DNA of 64,000 nucleotides, taken from NCBI RefSeq assembly GCF_006345805.1, contig NC_042999.1, positions 121,458,001 through 121,522,000 of the forward strand. The letters run 5' to 3'. Shown here piece after piece: positions 14,302 through 28,760 of the stretch (the first letter of the stretch is position 1; the number at the start of each line of letters is the position of its first letter). Below the pieces are notes generated by a model. It was given only the letters and a program-made list of their open reading frames with translations. It was not told the DNA's origin and did not search any database. This stretch comes from Octopus sinensis. Taxonomy: Eukaryota. Both the position numbers and the translations under genes were made by a program.

Positions 14302-15300
14302 ATGGAGGTTAAGAACTTTATAAAACAACATATTTGCCATTCTTTACTGTATGAGATTCAAAAGAAAAGTACTGCTACAAAAGCTATGAAAATCATTTGT
14401 GAAGTGTATTTGGATGCAGTGAAAGCTCATACATTTCAGCTGTGGTTTAAAAGGTTCAAAGATGGCGATTGTAAGATATCCAACACGCCTTGCTCTGGAG
14501 GACAACCCACTCTGATAACCACTTTGAATGAATCTTTTGAATGAGACTATTGTATTGGATCCACATCAAAGTACCAGAGATTTGGCACAAAAATTTAACG
14601 TGTCATGTTCAACTATCCACTAACATCTCAAGCAAATTGGAAAAACATGCAAAGAAGGAATTTGGGTTCCACATGAGCTTATGCTTGAGAACCAAACATG
14701 ACGTTCCATCGTCTGGAGCAGTCTTCTAGTAAGGAATAACAACCTGTCATTTCTGCAGCCCCTTGTTACAGGTGATGAGAAATGGATTTTGCATCACAAC
14801 AGAAAATAAAAAAGACTGGTTATCACAAGGTCAGTGCCAACACCAAAACCAGAACTCCATCCACAAAATTCTTTGCTCCGTGTTTAGTGGAACCTGAAAG
14901 GTATCATCCATTATGAGCTACTGAAACATGGAAGGACCATCAATAAAGATCTCTATTACCATCAACTTGATCATGTAAATGAAATATTACATTGAAAGTG
15001 GCCAGCATTGGTAAACAGGAAAGATGTTATTCTCTAGCATGGCTGCATTCTTCAAAACAAACCCAACAAAAAATAAGTTTGTTAGGATGGCAAGTTCTTC
15101 CACATCTTCCATGATCACCTGACTTAGTACGTATGGATTTCCGTCTGTTCCAATCTCTAGAACCATTCTATTTGAGGCAAAACATTCAGAAACAGAGAAG
15201 AAGTTGGAAACAGTCTTTCAGACCTTTTTTCATGAAAAGAAATAGGTTTCTATGAATGTGGCTTAAAAAAAGTTATTGGGCTGCAGTCATTGAAAATGAT
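14302..15300 (+). mobile_element. Degenerate mariner (Mos1/SETMAR-like) transposase relic
   Basis: LLYEIQK..WFKRFKDGD, WVPHEL, VTGDEKWILH and a degenerate SPDL..DF.LFQSL motif, with many stops and frameshifts. TIRs not found. Confidence 0.85.
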
Positions 15301-15676
15301 AAGGTGCATTGCGCAGCATTGTTAAGGTGCAGACAGTGTCGAGCTGACAATAACAACATTGTATGTTCCATTCCAGGACTGAGCAGTGTGTGTTCTTGAG
15401 CTAAACCCATTTTCCCATGACTCCAGATCACTCAGCTGTAGAAATGAGTTGCGGTGTCATTGGTGTCAAGCTGTATCAGCTTTTCCCTTTTTCCCTTGGA
15501 CAATATCAGTGGTGTGAAGAAGAAAGACTAATATGTATGGGTAATGGCTGGTCTTCCACAGATGACCTTGTCTAGACTTGTGCCTCAGAGAGAAACTATC
15601 TAGGTGCTATCCCATGGTCATTCATGACTGAAGGGGAAAGAATAAAAGTAAAATAATAAAAACTATTTACATATAA

Positions 15677-16030
15677 GTGCAGTCGTGGCTGTGTGGTAAG
15701 AAGCTTGCTTCGCAACCACATAGTTCTGTGTTCAGTCCCACTACATGGCACCCTAGGCAAGTGTTTTCTACTACAGCCACAAGCCAACCAAAGCCTGGGA
15801 GCCTGAGTGGATTTGTTAGACAAAAACTGAAAGAAGCCTGTCGTATATATATATGTATTTGTAATTTGTGTCTGTTTGTCCCCCACTATCGCTTAACAAC
15901 CAATGGCTCGGCAAAAGAAAACTGATAGAATAAGTACTAGGCTTACAATGGATAAGTCCTGTGGTTGATTTGTTCAACTAAAGGCAGCACTCCACCATGG
16001 ATGCAGCCAAATGGCTGAAAAGAATAAAAG
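15677..16030 (+). mobile_element. tRNA-derived SINE, full length
   Basis: gtggctgtgtggtaagaagcttgctt head through tail ggcagcactccaccatggatgCAGCCaaatGGCTGaaa. Confidence 0.85.
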
Positions 16031-16684
16031 AATATAAACATATGTATATATACACCACATGCACACACATATATTTATATGTTTATATATATTAATATAG
16101 ATAGGAAAGTTATAAATAAAGGTCATTACATATTTTTCCTTTATTAGAGCAAATTTGGCTTACAGCTGTTTCCCGTAGTTATTTTAGGTACATTACTGGT
16201 AGGTTCACTCAATCAGTCTATTGATCAGTTGAGAAAAATTGAATGACCTAAATAAGTTAATGTTACTTTCCTCAGAGCCATTTCTTGTTATAACAAAGCA
16301 GAACACTGAAGGAATGGTGAGTGTATGGGGGAGGGAGGAAATGATGGAAAGATGCAAGTAGAATAGAGAAAAAGAAGAAGACAGGTTATGAAGGGGTGAA
16401 GAGAAGTAAGGAAAGGACAGAGAAAGGGGTCACTTAATAGAATTAGGAGTATAGGACAGCTGAAATTTGGGAAAAATACAGTCATAAAACATTAGTGTTT
16501 TTAGCAACAAACAGGAACAAATTAACGTTGTTTTCAGTTATATATATAAATAGATAGATAGATAGATAGATAGACTGACAGACAAACAGACAGACAGATA
16601 TGAAAAGAAATGAAGCAAAAATTAACAATTAGAAGTTGATCATTGGTGTTTTATATATATATATATATATGATTTCTTCATCAA

Positions 16685-16900
16685 TTATCATCCCCTTTTC
16701 CATACTCAGATGAGTTGGACATTTCACCTGGAACTCAGCTAGATAGGTACACTAAGCTCCAGTATCTGCTTTGACATGGTTTCTGCTGCTGGATGCTTCT
16801 CCTAATGCCAACCCTTTTACAAAGTGTACTGGGTGTTTTTATTTTTGTGGCACCAACACAAGTGAGGTCACCAAGTACTGACAATGCAAAACCCCTCATC
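16685..16900 (-). mobile_element. Degenerate RTE 3'UTR-like fragment
   Basis: Similar to 17280-17430 (ctccagt...ggtttct..gctggatgc..cctaa.gccaacc). Confidence 0.5.
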
Positions 16901-17272
16901 TGAGTGGTGTATAGTATTGAAGGATCTATGAATCTGATAGTGGGACAGGAACTATTTTCTTGCTGAAGATATGTATCCATATCTTTTATGTATTTTAGCC
17001 AAAAGGCTGTAACCATGCTGGGGCTCTGCCAGTATCATCACATTTTCAATGGCTATTCCTATGAGGTGCTTTCATTGGGTGAGGAAAATTGTTGTTGCTG
17101 CTCTCATTTGAATTTATTGCCTTGATATTGCCTCATCTGAGATCTTGCATAGCAGAAGGTCAGAATGTTTCTTGGAAACATGTCCACTCCATGTAAATCT
17201 CGTACATGTATATATAGTTATATAAATACATATACACATACATACATACATATATACTTTATATATATATAT

Positions 17273-18050
17273 CATCATCATCATCGTTTAACGTCTGTTC
17301 TCCATGCTAGCATGGGTTGGACGGTTCGACCGGGGATCTGGGAAGCCAGAAGGCAGCACCAGACTCCAGTCTTATCTGGCAATGTTTCTACAGCTGGATG
17401 CCCTTCCTAACGCCAACCACTCCATGAGTGTAGTGGGTGCTTTTTACGTGCCACCTGCACAGGTGCCAGGCGAGGCTGGCAACGGCCACAGTCAGATTGG
17501 TGCATTTTACGTGCCACCGGCACGGAAGCCAGTCGAGGCGGTGCTGGCATTGGCCACGAGTCGGATAGTGCTTTTTACGTACCACCAGTCCAGGGGTCCT
17601 GGCTTGTTCAATTCGATTTCGATTTCGCTTGCCCCAACATGTCTTCGCAAGCAAAGGGGGTTGGCATGGGTGCCTGTCGTCGGATGAGGTTCTATATCGA
17701 CTTCGCTTGCCTCAACAGGTCTTTGTGTCCAAGGGAGGAAAGGCATGCATAAGTGGGCTGAGCTCACTTGTCCTGCCTGGTCTTCTCACGCACAGCATAT
17801 TTCCAAAGGTCTCGGTCGCTGGTCATTTCCTCAGTGAGGCCTAAAGTTCGAAGGTTGTGCTTCACCACCTCGTCCCAGGTTTTCCTGGGTCTACCTCTTC
17901 CACGGGTTCCCTCAACTGCTAGGGATTGGCACTTTCTCACACACCTATCTTCATCCATTCTCGCCACATGACCATACCAGCGCAATCGTCTTTCTTGCAC
18001 ACCACAACTGATGCTTCTTAGGTACAACATTTCTCTCAAGGTACTAACGC
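17273..18050 (-). mobile_element. RTE-clade LINE 3' end (5'-truncated) with (GAT)n tail
   Basis: ORF 17764-18039 encodes RRLRWYGHVARMDEDRCVRK..GTRGRGRPRKTW, a typical RTE C-terminus. The 3'UTR follows and ends in (cat)n on the + strand at about 17273. Confidence 0.88.
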
Positions 18051-18559
18051 TCTGTCGAGTATGTACACTGACTATATATATATATATATATAGTTAATCC
18101 AAACAAGAAAGCACAAAAAAAACACAACAACGTGAGGACGTGGAACAAATATAGTATTATTGGACGCTCAGGAAAGAAGGAGGGCTTAACGTTTCGAGTG
18201 GAGCTCTTCGTTGGAAACATAGGAGAAGGAAAGATCCAGAGAAGGGAAGACACAGGAAAAAAAATCGCCAACGGTACACACGATGTCACATTTTGAAAGA
18301 CATGCACTTATATATAATTATACTGTCTTTTGCTCTGTGATCTGGTGGTCTTTGAGGAAGCTAGAGATAGACGAATGGTTTGTGAAAGCCATACATACAA
18401 GCCATTTATGGGGATGCTGTCAGTAAGTGAGAGTTAGTCATGAGTAGACTGGTGAATCTAGTATACCAGTAGCAGTTTAACTGAGCTTGGTTTTCAATTG
18501 CTTCCTATTCATTTTTGTCCTTAAGGATAAACAGAAGAAACTAAGACCAGCTGTCTTTG

Positions 18560-19400
18560 GTAACTACTATATGCTGATGAGCATGTTCTCATAGCAGAAT
18601 GTGTAACAAAATTAGCAAAGAAATTCCAGTCGTTGAAACAGAATTTGGAAGGTAAGGGCATTAAAGTTAACTTATATCTAAGTTAAGCAGGAAATAGACA
18701 GGACTCTACTTTCTTCAACTAAATGGCCCTACTTGATGTGTAGGGAGGAGTTCCATATGGTATAGGCTGATGATATTGACCTGTTGTGAAGCAGAACAAA
18801 AGGAGCTCACCATCAGATTAGGTATAGTATCAGAAGCATATGAGATGGAGATCGGCATAGAAAAGAGCATGATCCTGGTTAATAGTAAAAACCAAAACAT
18901 AGCAACCAACATCATGCTAAGCGGTGAGAAACTAGAAGTGGACCACTTCAGGTATTGCGGATCCACTCTAACCGAAGACGACAAATCTCAAAAGGAGATA
19001 ACAACAAAACTCAATTTAGCCTCTACTGCCATGACAAAGCAGAGCATCCCATAGAAAAGCAATTCCATTAGTTTGATCCTTCTGAATGAGTATGAAAGCT
19101 GGTCTCTTACAACTGACATGGAGCAAAGAATCAAGGCAGAAGTGCTTCAGAAGGCAGCTACACATCACATACATGGAGCAAAGAATCAAGGCAGAAGTGC
19201 TTCAGAAGGCAGCTACACATCACATACACGGAGCACAAAATTGTCCAGCAACAAAACAAACAGATATGCTGTCAAACAACAATCTCTCCTTGGTCAAATA
19301 AAAAACAAAAGCTTTCCTGGTATGGTCATGTATCTTCCCACAACTCCCTATCCAAAACCATTCTCTTCAGGGCACAGTTGAGGCAGGGCAAAAGTGTGGG
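18560..19400 (+). mobile_element. Degenerate RTE reverse transcriptase relics with an internal 55-bp tandem duplication
   Basis: LLYADEHVLIA.. at about 18565 and EKLEVDHFRYCGSTLTEDDKSQKEITTKLNLASTAM. The 55-bp unit repeats at 19118-19172 and 19173-19227. Confidence 0.7.
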
Positions 19401-19574
19401 ATACAGAGATAATCTTGCTTTGACATCAAGGTCTTAACAGGTCCCAACACAGTGAAGCCGCTATCCATGACAGAGAACAGAGTTCAGTGGTGATGGCTGA
19501 CTACAAAAGCATCTACAGCTGTGTCAGTCAAGGGATGTTGATGATAAGGATATATAAATGCATGTATGTGTTAT

Positions 19575-19613
<39 letters not shown>

Positions 19614-19776
19614 TATATATATTATGTGTTTGTGTGGGGTGTATGTTTATATATATGTGTATATATCATAATAATAATAACCCTTGGACAGATATATATA
19701 TCTGTGTGTATATATAAATATATATATATGATATATATATAAATATCTATCTGTATATATATATATATGTATAATT

Positions 19777-20432
19777 CATAATAGAATATATGGCTGAAAA
19801 TCACATTAATGATTTTTATCATGTAGTCAGCATGCTATAAAAATTTATAGGCAATTTATACATTAAATTGATAATAATGTACATATGTATATAATTAGGT
19901 TAAGGGAGCAAGGGCATAAACAACCTATCTCCATCATGCTTCCAGTGCCAATACCTTCAAAAGACTACCAAGATCTCCAGATAAATATACAAATGGCTGA
20001 AAGTGGGCTGGTGAGAGAAAATTAATAACACCTCAAGTTAATTGTGAATTAGTTCCCAATTTCTGGATTAGAGCAAAACATAAGCTTTCTTCCTTTGTCA
20101 ACACAATACATGGGGGAAATATAAGTCCAAATAACTGTACATACCGTCCAAAGTAGGTCCACATGTCTAGATATAAATATTTGCACATATAGATCCAGCG
20201 AAAGTCAGTTTTAAATCCTCTCAAAACAGCCAACATGTATATTATAAAAATAGTCAAGCAGTAAATGCTATTTCAGTCAGGAGTAAAAATAATTAAATTA
20301 TTTTATTTTAATTTATTTATTGAACCATAATAGAATATAAGGTTAAATATCACATTAATGATTTTTATCATGTAGTCAGCATGCTATAAAAACTTTATAG
20401 GTAATTTATACATTAAATCAGTAATACTGTAC
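19777..20432. repeat. About 110-bp direct repeat pair (19777-19885 and 20326-20432)
   Basis: cataatagaatat...atcacattaatgatttttatcatgtagtcagcatgctataaaa... is present twice. Confidence 0.8.
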
Positions 20433-20505
20433 ATGTGTGTGTGTATAAGTTTGTGTGTTTGTCCCGCCAACATCGTTTGACAACCGATGTGTTTACATCC
20501 CCGTA

Positions 20506-20657
20506 CAGCAGGGATTGCCACCAGCCCCTGCTGGAGCCCTGTGGAGCTTTAGGTGTTTTCTATTAATAAACACTCACAACACCCGTCTGGGAATCGAAAC
20601 CACAATCCTACAACCGTGAGTCCACTGCCCTAACCACTTGGCCATTGTGCCTCCACA
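20506..20657 (-). mobile_element. Second tRNA-derived SINE family, head fragment
   Basis: Reverse complement gtggaggcacaatggccaagtggttagggcagtggactcacgg...gtttcgattccc has A- and B-box-like motifs and is homologous to 45474. Confidence 0.75.
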
Positions 20658-20665
20658 TACTTATA

Positions 20666-20714
<49 letters not shown>

Positions 20715-20852
20715 ATTATATATATATTATATAATATATGTGTGTATATATATATATATATGTGTATATTATATATATAATATATATATATATATATATG
20801 TGTGTATATATAATATATATATATATATATGTGTGTATATATATATATATCG

Positions 20853-20896
<44 letters not shown>

Positions 20897-20934
20897 TATG
20901 TGTATATATATATATATTATATATATATATGTGT

Positions 20935-20975
<41 letters not shown>

Positions 20976-21073
20976 ATATATATATGTGTGTGTATATATA
21001 AATGTGTGTATATATATATATATGTGTGTGTATATATAAATATGTATAGATATATAATGTATATTATATTATA

Positions 21074-21129
<56 letters not shown>

Positions 21130-21133
21130 GTGT

Positions 21134-23950
21134 ATACTCAAACTCGGTGTGTGACACACTAAGTACATATTAGGCAACTTGATGTAGTTGTGTGTGCTAC
21201 ATATCGCCCTCCAGATGCCCCAAGCCATGTGGGCAAGTTTGAAGACTGCCTTATAAAATAGAAGAAATTCTAACCACATTAGAGCAACACATAGGTGTGC
21301 TTCTTATGGGAGACTTCAATCTGCCCAATGTCAGATGGCCCGAGGGCCTTTCTCTCCCAGGAATGACAAGATGTGAACGAGGACAGGCGAGGTCCCTCCT
21401 GAACCTCATCAACACCCTGTACATGGAGCAGGTAATACTCCAACAACCAGGGCAGGTAACACACTGGATCTCTGCTTCAACAAATGACATGGATCTCATC
21501 CATAATGTGAAAGTGACACTGACACTACTCTCGGATCACAACATGATAGAGCTGACCATGTACGGGCCAAAAGAGAGCACGGACATGCAGCCTACAAGAA
21601 ACCCTCAAAATCTTTCCAGCTTGAACTACCATAAGGCAAAAACTGGAAACAAATTGAGAAAGAGATCCTCAAACAAAACTGGCTAAATGTCTCTCCTCGC
21701 CAGACATCGACGTGAAACTTCAACAATTCATGTCTGTAATGCAAGCCATATGCTACAAATGTGTCTCAGAGAGAAAGGCCACTGTACCAAGAACAAAATC
21801 CCCAGAGAGAGGAAAATTTAATGAGACGGCGTACGAAATTTTCAAACGCCTAAAAACAAAAAGCAGAATGAAAGCAGTGAAAAGTCCCGCCTAAAAATAA
21901 AACTGTTGGAATCGAAAAATGTCTGCAACTTCCATGAAAAAGAAAGAGCAGACCAAGAAGCCTGGGCTATAGAAAACATAAAATCTATCCCCAGAGCTTT
22001 CTACAGGTATGCCAAAGAAACCAGCACAGTGCACTGTAGAATAGGGCCACTCCTCGAAAAGGATGGCACACTTACAGGAAACCAATGAGGGTAAGTGAAA
22101 TACTGAATGAGCAATTCAAGAGTGTTTTCACTCCACCCTTGGCATCTCAAATCACAATTCCAACTGACTTTTTTACCACTGCAGATATAAAATCAGAGGC
22201 GGGGTCGATAGATTACATCGATATAAAGGAAGACGATGTAACCAAGGCTATAGATGAAATGAAAACAGACTCAGCTACTGCCCCCGATGGATTCCGGCAA
22301 TCCTCCTAAAAGCATGTAAGAGAGTCCTAGCAAGACCACTGCAGTTCCTCTTCAGAGCTTCCTTGCAGCTGGCAAAACTTCCAGGAAAAACTGAAGGAAG
22401 GAGGTAAAATATGCCCCATTCATAAAGGAGGTAGCGAGCGGAGGAAGCCAAGAACTATCGACCTATCTCTCTGACCTCACACATCAGCAAGGTCATGGAA
22501 CGAATAGTCAGAAGGAAGTGATCACCTTCCTTGAAGCGAATGACTTGCTGCCCGACACCCAACATGGTTTCCGACAGGGAGAAGCTGTTTAACTCAGCTC
22601 CTACAACACTATGATGGGACTGGGTTGTGTGAAACGGCTGCTCAACCATTCAAATGTGGAAGTGATATATCTCGACTTTGCAAAGCCTTTGCTAAAGTCG
22701 ATCATGGAATGAATGTCACAAACTGCGTGATCTCAACATAGTTGGAAAACTGGGAGACGAAAGAATGGCTTCATGACTTTCTGAAGGATAGAAGTCAGGG
22801 TGGTAGTAGCCCAATGGGGCCACCTCCATTAACACACAAAATAGTGAGCGGGTGTTCCGCAGGGCACTGTTCTGGGACCACTACTGTTCATACTGGCCCT
22901 CAGACATGCCCTCAGCCACGCAGAGAGCCACGATCACAAGTTAATGCAGATGATACAAAAGTTTCACAGGCAATACAGAACACTGAGGACACTAAACACC
23001 TGCAATGTGAGCTGGATGAAATATACAAGTGGGGCTGAAAAGAATAGCATGCAGTTCAATGCTGGAAAGTTTGCAAGCTTTATACTATCAGCATGCAAAC
23101 TGAATGCAATACCCAATGGAAGACACTGGACCCGGAGGGATTGCAATCCCAGAGGCACAATCAGTGCGTGACCTGGGTCTTCACATGAGATTGAACGCGA
23201 CCTTTCATGTACATTTGCTAACACTGACAATGAAATGTAGACGGCTGGCTGGATGGATTCTTAGAAACTTTAGAACAAGAGACAAGAAACCATGATGGTC
23301 CTCTGGAAGACACTTGTCCTAAGCCACTTTGACTATTGCTCTCAGCTATGGTCACCATCCGTGTCAACGTTGATCACAGGACTTGAGGCGATCCAACGAA
23401 GCTACACAAAGAAGATAGCCTCTATGCAGAATGTAAGCTACTGGGAAAGACTCAAGAGATTAAAATTATATTCCCTGGAGCGTAGGCGGGAAAGATATGC
23501 CATAATATACATCTGGAAGATCCTGGAGGGAAGTGTCCTGAACTTTGGCATCGAGAGTTACGCAAATGCCAGAACTGGGCGCCACTGCGTGGTGCCAAGG
23601 ACTCCAAACCTGCCCATCAAGATGTATGACAAGATTCTGTGATAGCCTGGGGTTTCCGAGGCCCACAGCTCTTCAATATCCTCCGAAGAACCTGAGAGAC
23701 CTGCATGGGGTGGATACAGATGTCTTTAAAATGAAGCTGGATCTCTTCCTGTCAGGTGTCCCAGATGAACCAACTTCACGGCAGGAGGGGCAGCATGAGG
23801 GCAGATGCATCGAACTCTCTCATGCACCAAAAAGCAGTTGCTAGAAAACCTCCCTGAAGTGAAACCCAAGTAGCAACACCAAATGGCGGTGCCCCAGCAT
23901 GGCACAGCTCATAAGCTGAAACTAGAATCAATCAATCAATCAATCAATCA
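21134..23950 (+). mobile_element. CR1/L2-group LINE copy B, 5'-truncated (APE C-terminus + RT), (AATC)n tail
   Basis: Colinear with 31292-34081. Contains MGDFNLPNV, NYRPISLTSH, YADDTK-like and HFDYCSQLWSP motifs. Tail at 23926-23950; flanked by (TA)n on both sides. Confidence 0.95.
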
Positions 23951-24060
23951 TATGTGTATATATATATTATTATATGTGTGTTATATATATATATATATGT
24001 GTGTATATATATATATATGTGTGGATATAAATATATATATATGTGTGTTGTATATATATA

Positions 24061-24103
<43 letters not shown>

Positions 24104-24134
24104 ATATATATATATATGTGTATATATATATATA

Positions 24135-24185
<51 letters not shown>

Positions 24186-24195
24186 TGTGTTATAT

Positions 24196-24236
<41 letters not shown>

Positions 24237-24595
24237 TGTGATATATATATAGATATATGTGTGTAATATATATATATATATGTGTGTATATATGTATATA
24301 TATATGTGTGTGTATATATATATATATGTGTTGTGTATATATATATATGTGTGTGTATATATATAGTGTTGTTGTATATATATATAATATATATATATGT
24401 GTGTGTATATAATATATATGTGTATATATATATATATATATGTGTATAATATATATATATATGTATTATATATATATATATATATATGTTGTTGTATATA
24501 TATAATATATGGTATATATATATATAAGTATATATATATATATGTCTGTGTATATATATATATATATGTTATATATATATATATATATATATATT

Positions 24596-24638
<43 letters not shown>

Positions 24639-24790
24639 GTATATATATATATATATGTGTTGTATATATATATATATGTGTGTGTATATATATATATATA
24701 TGTGTGTGTATATATATATATGTGTGTTATATATATATATATATGTGTGTGTATATATATATATTGTGTATATATATATATATATATATG

Positions 24791-24845
<55 letters not shown>

Positions 24846-24942
24846 TGTCTGTGTATATATATATATATATGTGTATATTATATATACTATATGTGTGTTG
24901 TATATATAGATATATATATATATATATATATATATATCTATT

Positions 24943-24985
<43 letters not shown>

Positions 24986-25052
24986 GTTATATATAATATA
25001 TATGTTGTAATATATATATATGTGTGTATTTATATATATATATGTGTATATC

Positions 25053-25086
<34 letters not shown>

Positions 25087-25349
25087 TTGTGTGTATATAT
25101 ATGTGTATATATATAATGTGATATATATATATTGTGTATATAATATATATATATATGTGTAATATATATGTGTTTTATATATATATATATATATATTTGT
25201 GTATCTATATATATTATATATATAATATATATATGTTATATATAGATATGTGTATATGTATATATATATATATGTGGGGCTAGGTATTATATATATATAT
25301 GTGTATATATATTATCTATATATGTGTATATAATATATTATTATAATAT

Positions 25350-25407
<58 letters not shown>

Positions 25408-25523
25408 ATATATATATATATGTGTATATATATATATGTGTATATATATATATAATATATATGTGTATATATATATAATATATGTGTATATATATATATA
25501 TATGTGTATATTATATATATATA

Positions 25524-25560
<37 letters not shown>

Positions 25561-25759
25561 ATATATATATATATATATATGTGTATATATATATATATAT
25601 ATATGTGCTATATATATCATATATATGTGTATATATATATATATATATTTGTGGATATTATATAGATATCTTTGTGTATATATATAGTAGATATGTGTGT
25701 ATATATATATGTGTGTGTATATTATATATATATGTGTGTATATATATAGATATGTGTGT

Positions 25760-25793
<34 letters not shown>

Positions 25794-26398
25794 ATAAATA
25801 TATATATATGTGTGTATATATATATATGTGTGTATATATATATATATGGTGTATATATATATATGTGTGTATATATATATATATGTGTGTTATATATATA
25901 TATGTGTGTTATATTATATATTATATATATGTGTGTATATATATATATATATGTGTGTATATATATATATATATGTGTGTAATATATATATATATATGTG
26001 TTATAATATATATATATGTGTTATATATATATATTATGTGTGTATTATATATATATGTGTGTATATATATATATGTGTGTATATTATATATTATATGTGT
26101 GATATATATATATATATATAATGTGGATATTATATATATATATGTGTATATATAATATTTTGTATAATATATATATATTGGTATATATATATATGTGTAT
26201 ATATATATATATATGTGTATATATATATATGTGTATATATATATAATATATGTGTGTGTGTATTGTGTGTATATATATATATCATATATATTTTATTATA
26301 TATATGTGGTTATATAATATATATATTCTTATATATATATTATATATGGTGTGTAGATACATATTATATATATATATGTGTGTATAATTTATATATAC

Positions 26399-26431
<33 letters not shown>

Positions 26432-26449
26432 GTGTGTATACATATATAT

Positions 26450-26483
<34 letters not shown>

Positions 26484-26506
26484 TATATGGTGTATATGTG
26501 TATATA

Positions 26507-26545
<39 letters not shown>

Positions 26546-26608
26546 ATATGTGTATAATATATATATATGTGTATATATATATATCTCTATGTGTAATATA
26601 TATATATA

Positions 26609-26643
<35 letters not shown>

Positions 26644-26712
26644 GTGTATATATGTGTATATATTATATATGTGTATATTATATGTGTATAGGTGTATATA
26701 TATATATATTGT

Positions 26713-26745
<33 letters not shown>

Positions 26746-27650
26746 ATATATATGTATAATGTTGTATATATATAAGTATATAGGTGTAGATTTATATATA
26801 TATATGTGTATATATTATATATATGTATAATATATATATATATATATGTGTGTAATGTGTATATATATATATATATGTGTGTATATGTGTGTATATATAT
26901 AATATATGTGTATATATATATATATACATATATATATATTTATATATGTGTATATATATATATATGTGTGTATATATATATATATAATTATGTGTTGTAT
27001 ATATATATTATATATATATAATATGTGATGTGTTTTATAATATCTATATTGTGTGTATATATAATATAATATATATTGGTATATATATATGATATATATA
27101 TATGTGTTATATATATATATATTATATATATATATATATATATGTGTGAATATATATATATATAATGTATATATATATATATATATGTGTGTATATATAT
27201 AATATATATATATGTGTGTATATGTGTATATAATATATGTGTGTGTATATATTATAGTATTATATATATATAGTTTATAGTGTATATATATATATGTGTG
27301 TTGTATATATGTATATGTATATATATAATATATGTGTATATGTGTATATATATATGTGTGTTATATATATATATATATGTAATATATATATATTATATGT
27401 GTATATGTGTATATATATATATATGTGTGTATATATAGATATATATATATATATGTATATATATATCTATTTGTATATATATATATTAGTGTGATATAAT
27501 ATATATATATACCATATCTATGTGTATATGTATATATATTATCATATAATATATATACATATATAATGTGTATATATTATATATATATTTTATGTGTATA
27601 TATATATATATGTGTGTATATAATATATATATAAATGTGTATATATATAT
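23951..27650. repeat. About 3.7 kb degenerate (TA)n/(TG)n array
   Basis: Directly visible; all ORFs here are YI/VC artefacts. Confidence 0.95.
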
Positions 27651-27829
27651 AACTACAAAATTAGAAATGGAGAAACATACTTAAATCAAAAAACATCAAT
27701 ACCAGATGATACCCAATCAATACTTAGTACACCATTACATATCAGTAAAGGCATATACAAAATATACAGTAAAAGTAAATAGACAAAGAGATATAAGTAT
27801 AAAATTTCAAATATAATATGTAATTAAAT

Positions 27830-27945
27830 CAAATCGACAGCTGTTTCGGCAGTGAGGGCAGTCATACCTCATTTAACCTATAAGCCATAAAGGCAGGTAT
27901 AAATGAGGCATTAACAAGGATGCCTCACGGCCTCTTCAGAGAATT
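27830..27945 (-). ncRNA. Penelope-type minimal hammerhead ribozyme motif with extended stem II
   Basis: Minus strand reads CUGAAGA (27939-27933), GGCCGUGAGGCA...UGCCCUCACUGCC stem II, GAAA (27847-27844), C-AGCU-G, UC site (27836). Stem I pairs poorly. Confidence 0.6.
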
Positions 27946-28280
27946 AAATTTGTTATAATTGTGAAAAAGATTATTTAAACCATATACATATAAATATAAA
28001 AATATAAAAATGTAAAATAAAAACTTATACATAAACTTCATAATGCTACACTATATAATATAATACTCATTGGTACAATAAAATAAAGCAAGGTAAACAG
28101 AACAAAATAAAACAAAATATATATCAGTGTATATATTAATATTAATAAGCACCGTTATTAAATATTGGCTAATAGTTTTTTAAAAAAAACTAACACATAG
28201 GGAGATGGAAAAATAATTAAATAAAACCATGGTTCAGTTCATAAAATTATAAAGCTATAAAAGTCAATAAAAATTACTAT

Positions 28281-28315
<35 letters not shown>

Positions 28316-28760
28316 CCGGTTCCGTTTTCAGCAGAGAAAGACGTGATTGCCTTTGCTCTGTGAAAAAGTTTGCATAGAACGGCGAAATAACCCACTGTAG
28401 TTGCAAAAACATAAACTCTAAGTCATAGAGATCATACAACACTTTGGTTAAAAATATTTTTAAAAATATATATAATAATATATACATATACACAGTAATT
28501 TCCTTTTGCCGAAACGCACATGGTTGCAAAAATAACTGAATCAAGTTATCTCCTGCAAGAAAAGAAAAAGACGTATCTCTCCTGAAAAAAAATCCCGTAA
28601 ACAAAAAAAATAATCCAGATTGTTGGATTAAGTATCAATTTCATCTATTTCATATTTTATTTTTATTCTATTTATCTTTCACTTAGGCCCACATCTTAGT
28701 TAAAGTTGCGATCGTCATTTTGTTTGTTTACATTTTCAATATCTGTTATCGATATAATAA

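Noticed and set aside
28239-28604. 121-aa minus-strand ORF
   Set aside because: Low complexity, ends in poly-Tyr from (AAT)n, and has no recognisable domain.
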